Positions 60,075 through 64,000 of a stretch of 64,000 bases of DNA are shown piece by piece. This stretch comes from Negaprion brevirostris. Lineage: Eukaryota. The translations under genes and the position numbers were made by a program. The stretch is from the NCBI GenBank assembly GCA_030324005.1, contig JARDVH010000099.1:48389090-48453089 (forward strand), in the 5' to 3' direction. How positions within the stretch are numbered: the stretch's first letter is position 1; every line of letters begins with the position of its first letter. A model generated the notes under the pieces. The model was not told where the DNA came from. It searched no databases and worked only from the letters and a program-made list of their open reading frames with translations.

Positions 60075-60272
60075 TATACTCAGCAGAAATTTAGCATGGC
60101 TAGTCCACCTAGCCTGATATCTTTGGGCGGTGGGAGGAAACTGGAGCACCCCAAGGAAACCCACGCAGACAGAGGGAGAACATGCAAACTCTACATGGTC
60201 ACCCACGGCCAGAATCGAACCTGAGTCTCTGGTGCTGTAGTGCAGCATTGCTAACCACTGTGTCACCGTGCC
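60075..60272 (-). mobile_element. HE1-like SINE lacking tail
   Basis: AATTTAGCATGGCTAGTCCACC..GGAAACCCACGCAGAC..GCTAACCACTGTGTCACCGTGCC. Confidence 0.85.
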
Positions 60273-60299
60273 ACTCATAGGAATGATAAGCTCTGTCAC

Positions 60300-62060
60300 T
60301 GCAGGTTAACTTTGTTGAATTGGAGTTTCTTCTGGCACCTGAATGTCTTTTCATCCTCATTCCCCATTTTTTAGCACTGACTCACTCTTTGTTGATTCTC
60401 CAGTTGTAGTGGTGCATGGTGGTTGGTTCATTCTGCTCTTCACTGGGCTGACAAATTCTAGACACGTTCCTATAGTGTTCTTTCTCCTCTTCCTTTCTGC
60501 GGCTCACCATGCTGAGAGAAAGATGCTTCTTCCTGTTGTGGGGGTATAACTGTGGTAGTAGCTCACTTTTCTGTTTGGCTGTATGAAGTGTTGCCATTAA
60601 TGGAAAGATGCTACTCAGTTCCAGTACCCTTGGTGGCACTATCACGCTGCCTGGGATTTGTAGCATTTGTCTGTAGTCTCAGGGTTCATCAACTCAATTG
60701 GCATGGGACCTCTTCTCATTGCTGGTTCTATTTTTGGCTGTCATCTATTTGAGGTGTCATGGTAACCATCTGAGTGGTTAGCTGGTCTGACCAATGAGGG
60801 GCTTCAGGCACATGTAACAAAAGTGGACAAATCTATTTTGCATTGGAGAGAAGACAGTTTGGAGCTGAAGTCCCAGTCAAAAGAATCTTCCTTGTTGGAA
60901 CACTGGAAACTTGCAGTTCTGTATAATTTACAACAATGGTCTTGACATCTTCTGTCCTTCAAGGAGAGTCAGGGATTCACAGACTACATCATCTTGATAA
61001 TTTGTTTTTCTGCCATACTTAATGGTTCAAGAATCATGCCTATGATTTAGTGATCCATTGTGTGTCTGTTATTCATAGACAGAGGTTTCTCAATCACACT
61101 CCGATAGGATCATAACATTGGCTTCTGCGTCCAATTTGTGAGATGGCCATTAACTGAGATGTCCACATTCCAGAATGAAAATCTGGAATCTTTGTCCTCT
61201 CGCAAAGAAGCAAGGTTGTGTATCCCCTCAGTGTGCAGCCTCAACTGTGTGAATCTTCTTGGGATCTTCCATGTGCTTTGATGTTTTGGCTTCACACAGC
61301 TCCCTGAAGTGTCTTGTTCAGTTACATTGAAAGCATTTTACTGAAATTGTCAGACACTGATCATGCTTTGCTCCGCAGTGCTGGCATAATCACTGTACAG
61401 CTCAGTTGGGGTACTGATTCCTATAGCCTGGAGTGTCCCTATTTCTTTGCTGTTCAACTAACAGGACAGTAGGCTTTACTTTGTACCACAGTTTGCCTTC
61501 TCCACTTAATATGGATCCATGCTGCAAGCGGATTTCAGCTTGCCTGACCGTCTAGGTGGCCTCCTCAACAGGTTAGATTTACCTTCACTTGAAGCATGTC
61601 TGAGAGTGCGGTGTTCACCATTCCCACAATTATTCTGGCCCTGATTAGCTCAGATTTCAGGTCACTTTATTTACAGCCTTTAGCCATTCTGTAAAGCTCA
61701 TTAATGAAGGAACTGACAGTTTTTCCTGGCTGCGGGGTATATTTATTAAATTTAGCCCTTTCAAGCATTTTGATATTTCTGAGTTTAATATAAGCATTGA
61801 ATAATTTCAAATCATCAAATTTAGTAGATAATTCATTGATTCCTTGCCTAGCTATTACATTATTAACTATTGGACTGACTGAATAAAGCAGTATGTTAAC
61901 TTATTCAGCTTCTGCCTTTTTATCCAGACTGGAAGCAATTATGTGTCTAGGGAATCTCCAGATTCCCCAGTTTTGTAGCTGAGTCTTCAATAAGTCCAAA
62001 TTGACCTGGAAGCACGGATTTCTGATCCACGGTTAAAATTTTTGAATTCCGAGTTTAGCT
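60300..62060 (-). mobile_element. Gypsy gag-protease relic
   Basis: Minus strand: IIASSLDKKAEAE*VNILLYSV..LERAKFNKYTPQPGKTVSSFINELYRMAKGC..LKSELIRARIIVG; FWNVDISVNGHLT (pre-protease motif). Confidence 0.75.
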
Positions 62061-62062
62061 TT

Positions 62063-62705
62063 CATAGAATCATAGAATCCCTACAGTGCAGAAGGAGGCC
62101 ATTCAGCCCATCAAGCCTGCACCATCAATAATCGCATCCAAGCCCCATCCCTGTAACCCCATGTATTTACCCTGTTAATCCTCCTTTTTCATTTGATTTA
62201 TTATTGTCACATGTATTAGTATACAGTGAAAAGTACTGTTTCTTGCGGGCTTTACAGACAAAACATACCGTTCATAGAGAAGGAAAGGAAAGAGTGCAGA
62301 GTGTAGTGTCACAATCATAGCTGTGGTGCAGAGAAAGATCAACTTAATGTGAGGTAGGTCCATACAAAAGTCTGAAGGCAGCAGGAAGAAACGGTTTTTG
62401 AGTCGGTTGGTAAGTGACCTCAGACTTTTGTATCTTTCTTCTGACAAGAGAAGGTGGAAGACAGAATGCCCGTGGTATGTGGAGTTCTCAATTATGCGGG
62501 CTGCTTTTTGTGCTGACACTAAGGGTCAATTTAGCATGGCTAATCAACCCAACCTACACATCTTTGGACTGTGGGAGGAAACCGGAGCACCTGGAGGAAA
62601 CCCATGCAGACACGGGGAGAATGTGCAAACTCCACACACACACTGACCCGAGGCCAGAACTGAACCCAGGTCCCTGGTGTTGCAAGGCAGCAGTGCTAAC
62701 CACTC
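62063..62705 (-). mobile_element. HE1 SINE split by a Rex1-type LINE 3' end
   Basis: Tail 62063-62180 and body/head 62512-62705 join into one SINE. Confidence 0.88.
62190..62510 (-). mobile_element. Rex1/Babar-type LINE 3' end
   Basis: Reverse complement of 18040-18345; QKAARII..HGHSVFHLLLSEERYKSLRSLTNRLKNRFF. Confidence 0.88.
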
Positions 62706-63259
62706 TAAGCTGCTGTTTCTTAAACAGTAGAAGCTGGATGATGATTACTTGAGATTTCTCAGATTTATTAGCTTTGTAATTCTTCTCTTTCATGCAGTGT
62801 TCCCATTGAATGTTAATACCAGAACTTGACTCTGCTTAGTAGTTCGTTTCACTTCTGGTCTGGGAGCACTTTTGATTTCAAAGTTGCATGTTCCTGTTGC
62901 TTACCCTAAAGCTGGTGAAAAATATCCTGTGGCCTAGTAGTATATTGATGCATGGCTTTACTCGTAAACCTCTGGCAATAGATCATGTCCGTAGTCTGCA
63001 CGTCCCTCATTCTAACAGCTAGCACCTTGGCAAGCAGAGGGAAAATGATTTAAAACCACAATAGTTTTCAGTTGCTGGCCTGTTTGGAATGTGACTTAAT
63101 GTTATAATTGGAGCCTGTTTGGAGTTGAATTAATCAAAGCAGCAGAGCAGTTTGCTGTACCTCCTTATCAGTCCCTATCTGATGGGGACATCATCAGCTC
63201 TTTCTATTATTCTATAATTGCCAGTTACAATGACCTTTAAAACACCAGCTTGGCCTCAA

Positions 63260-63448
63260 GAAATGCATCCAATTCTGAGCACCGCACTTCAAGGAAGAAT
63301 GTAAAGCTTTCAAGGTGGTGCAGAAAAGACTTACAAGAATGGTTCTGGGGATGAAGGATTTCAGTTACATGGGTCGATTTAAGAAGTTGGGGTTGTTTAT
63401 TTATTTAAAGTTTATTTATTAGCCTTACATTAACACTGCAATGAAGTT
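63260..63448. mobile_element. CR1 fragment (+, 63260-63400) followed by a type-B SINE tail (-, 63400-63448)
   Basis: VQKRLTRMVLGMKDFSYMGRFKKLGLF; AGCCTTACATTAACACTGCAATGAAGTT. Confidence 0.7.
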
Positions 63449-63549
63449 NNNNNNNNNNNNNNNNNNNNNNNNNNNNNNNNNNNNNNNNNNNNNNNNNNNN
63501 NNNNNNNNNNNNNNNNNNNNNNNNNNNNNNNNNNNNNNNNNNNNNNNNA

Positions 63550-64000
63550 CTCTCAGTGAGCTACGTGTTCAAGTGCTGACTCAGAGATTGTTTTTTTCAG
63601 TCTGAGTTTCAACTTTTTGAATACTTGTTTCCAGAACTTGTGTTGTCCAGGAATTTAATTATTTTTAGCTTACCCCTGCTAGATCTGTTGACCCTGTACA
63701 TTCTGGCTATTGAAACCAGTTTGAGTCTTTTGCTGTAGTGAAATCATTTAATTTCTGCCTTCAGCTTTCAAATCTTTCTTTAGAACTCTACTCTGGCGAT
63801 TTCCTTCTGTGACTTCACTTCTTGAGCTTTTCCTCAGGTCAGAATGTTTCTTTGATCGTTGTTGTCAGTCTTCCAGGGTTTTAATTTCCATTTGTGTCTT
63901 TATAGGGTTTTGAGTCGCTCCATTCACTGCCACCATGCTGTAAACTGTTGGGTGTCATTCTGTGGGTCTTAGTAAGGTAGTTATGGTCTTAAGTAGTTTG
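63550..64000 (-). mobile_element. Probable Gypsy 5' leader, PBS and LTR end
   Basis: TCACTGCCACCATG at ~63924-63937, the same PBS/LTR junction as at ~43540. Confidence 0.45.

Noticed and set aside
1-64000. CRISPR arrays, operons or other prokaryotic systems
   Set aside because: Sequence is vertebrate with spliceosomal introns; no regularly spaced repeat-spacer array seen.

Overview
Vertebrate genomic DNA from a gappy short-read assembly, almost certainly a cartilaginous fish (shark), judged from HE1-type tRNA SINEs sharing a tail with CR1/HER1 LINEs and Deu-domain SacSINE1-like SINEs. One host gene is present: ATF3 on the + strand. It has a TATA promoter at ~22.9-23.0 kb with CRE, MEF2 and two C/EBP-ATF (CARE) sites, a non-coding exon 1 ending at 23153, coding exon 2 (start codon hidden in the gap 38115-38305, visible 38306-38504), exon 3 (38682-38789, basic region) and exon 4 (46461-46658, leucine zipper, stop), with AATAAA at 47250. 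The rest is mostly decayed transposable elements: CR1, L2 and Rex1/Babar LINEs, several SINE families, Penelope-like elements with minimal hammerhead-ribozyme motifs, Gypsy LTR relics, a Harbinger transposase relic and MITEs, often nested. The most notable observations are a young Penelope-like inverted-repeat insertion with a 13-bp TSD and an intact-looking hammerhead core, a ~300-bp high-identity inverted repeat bracketing the ATF3 leucine-zipper exon, one SINE body carrying two different LINE-type tails, a perfect 21-bp fold-back at a SINE 5' junction, and mammal-like ATF3 promoter architecture. I found no clear evidence of a wholly new multi-gene system. Repeat family names come from recalled motifs, not database searches, and repeat boundaries are approximate.
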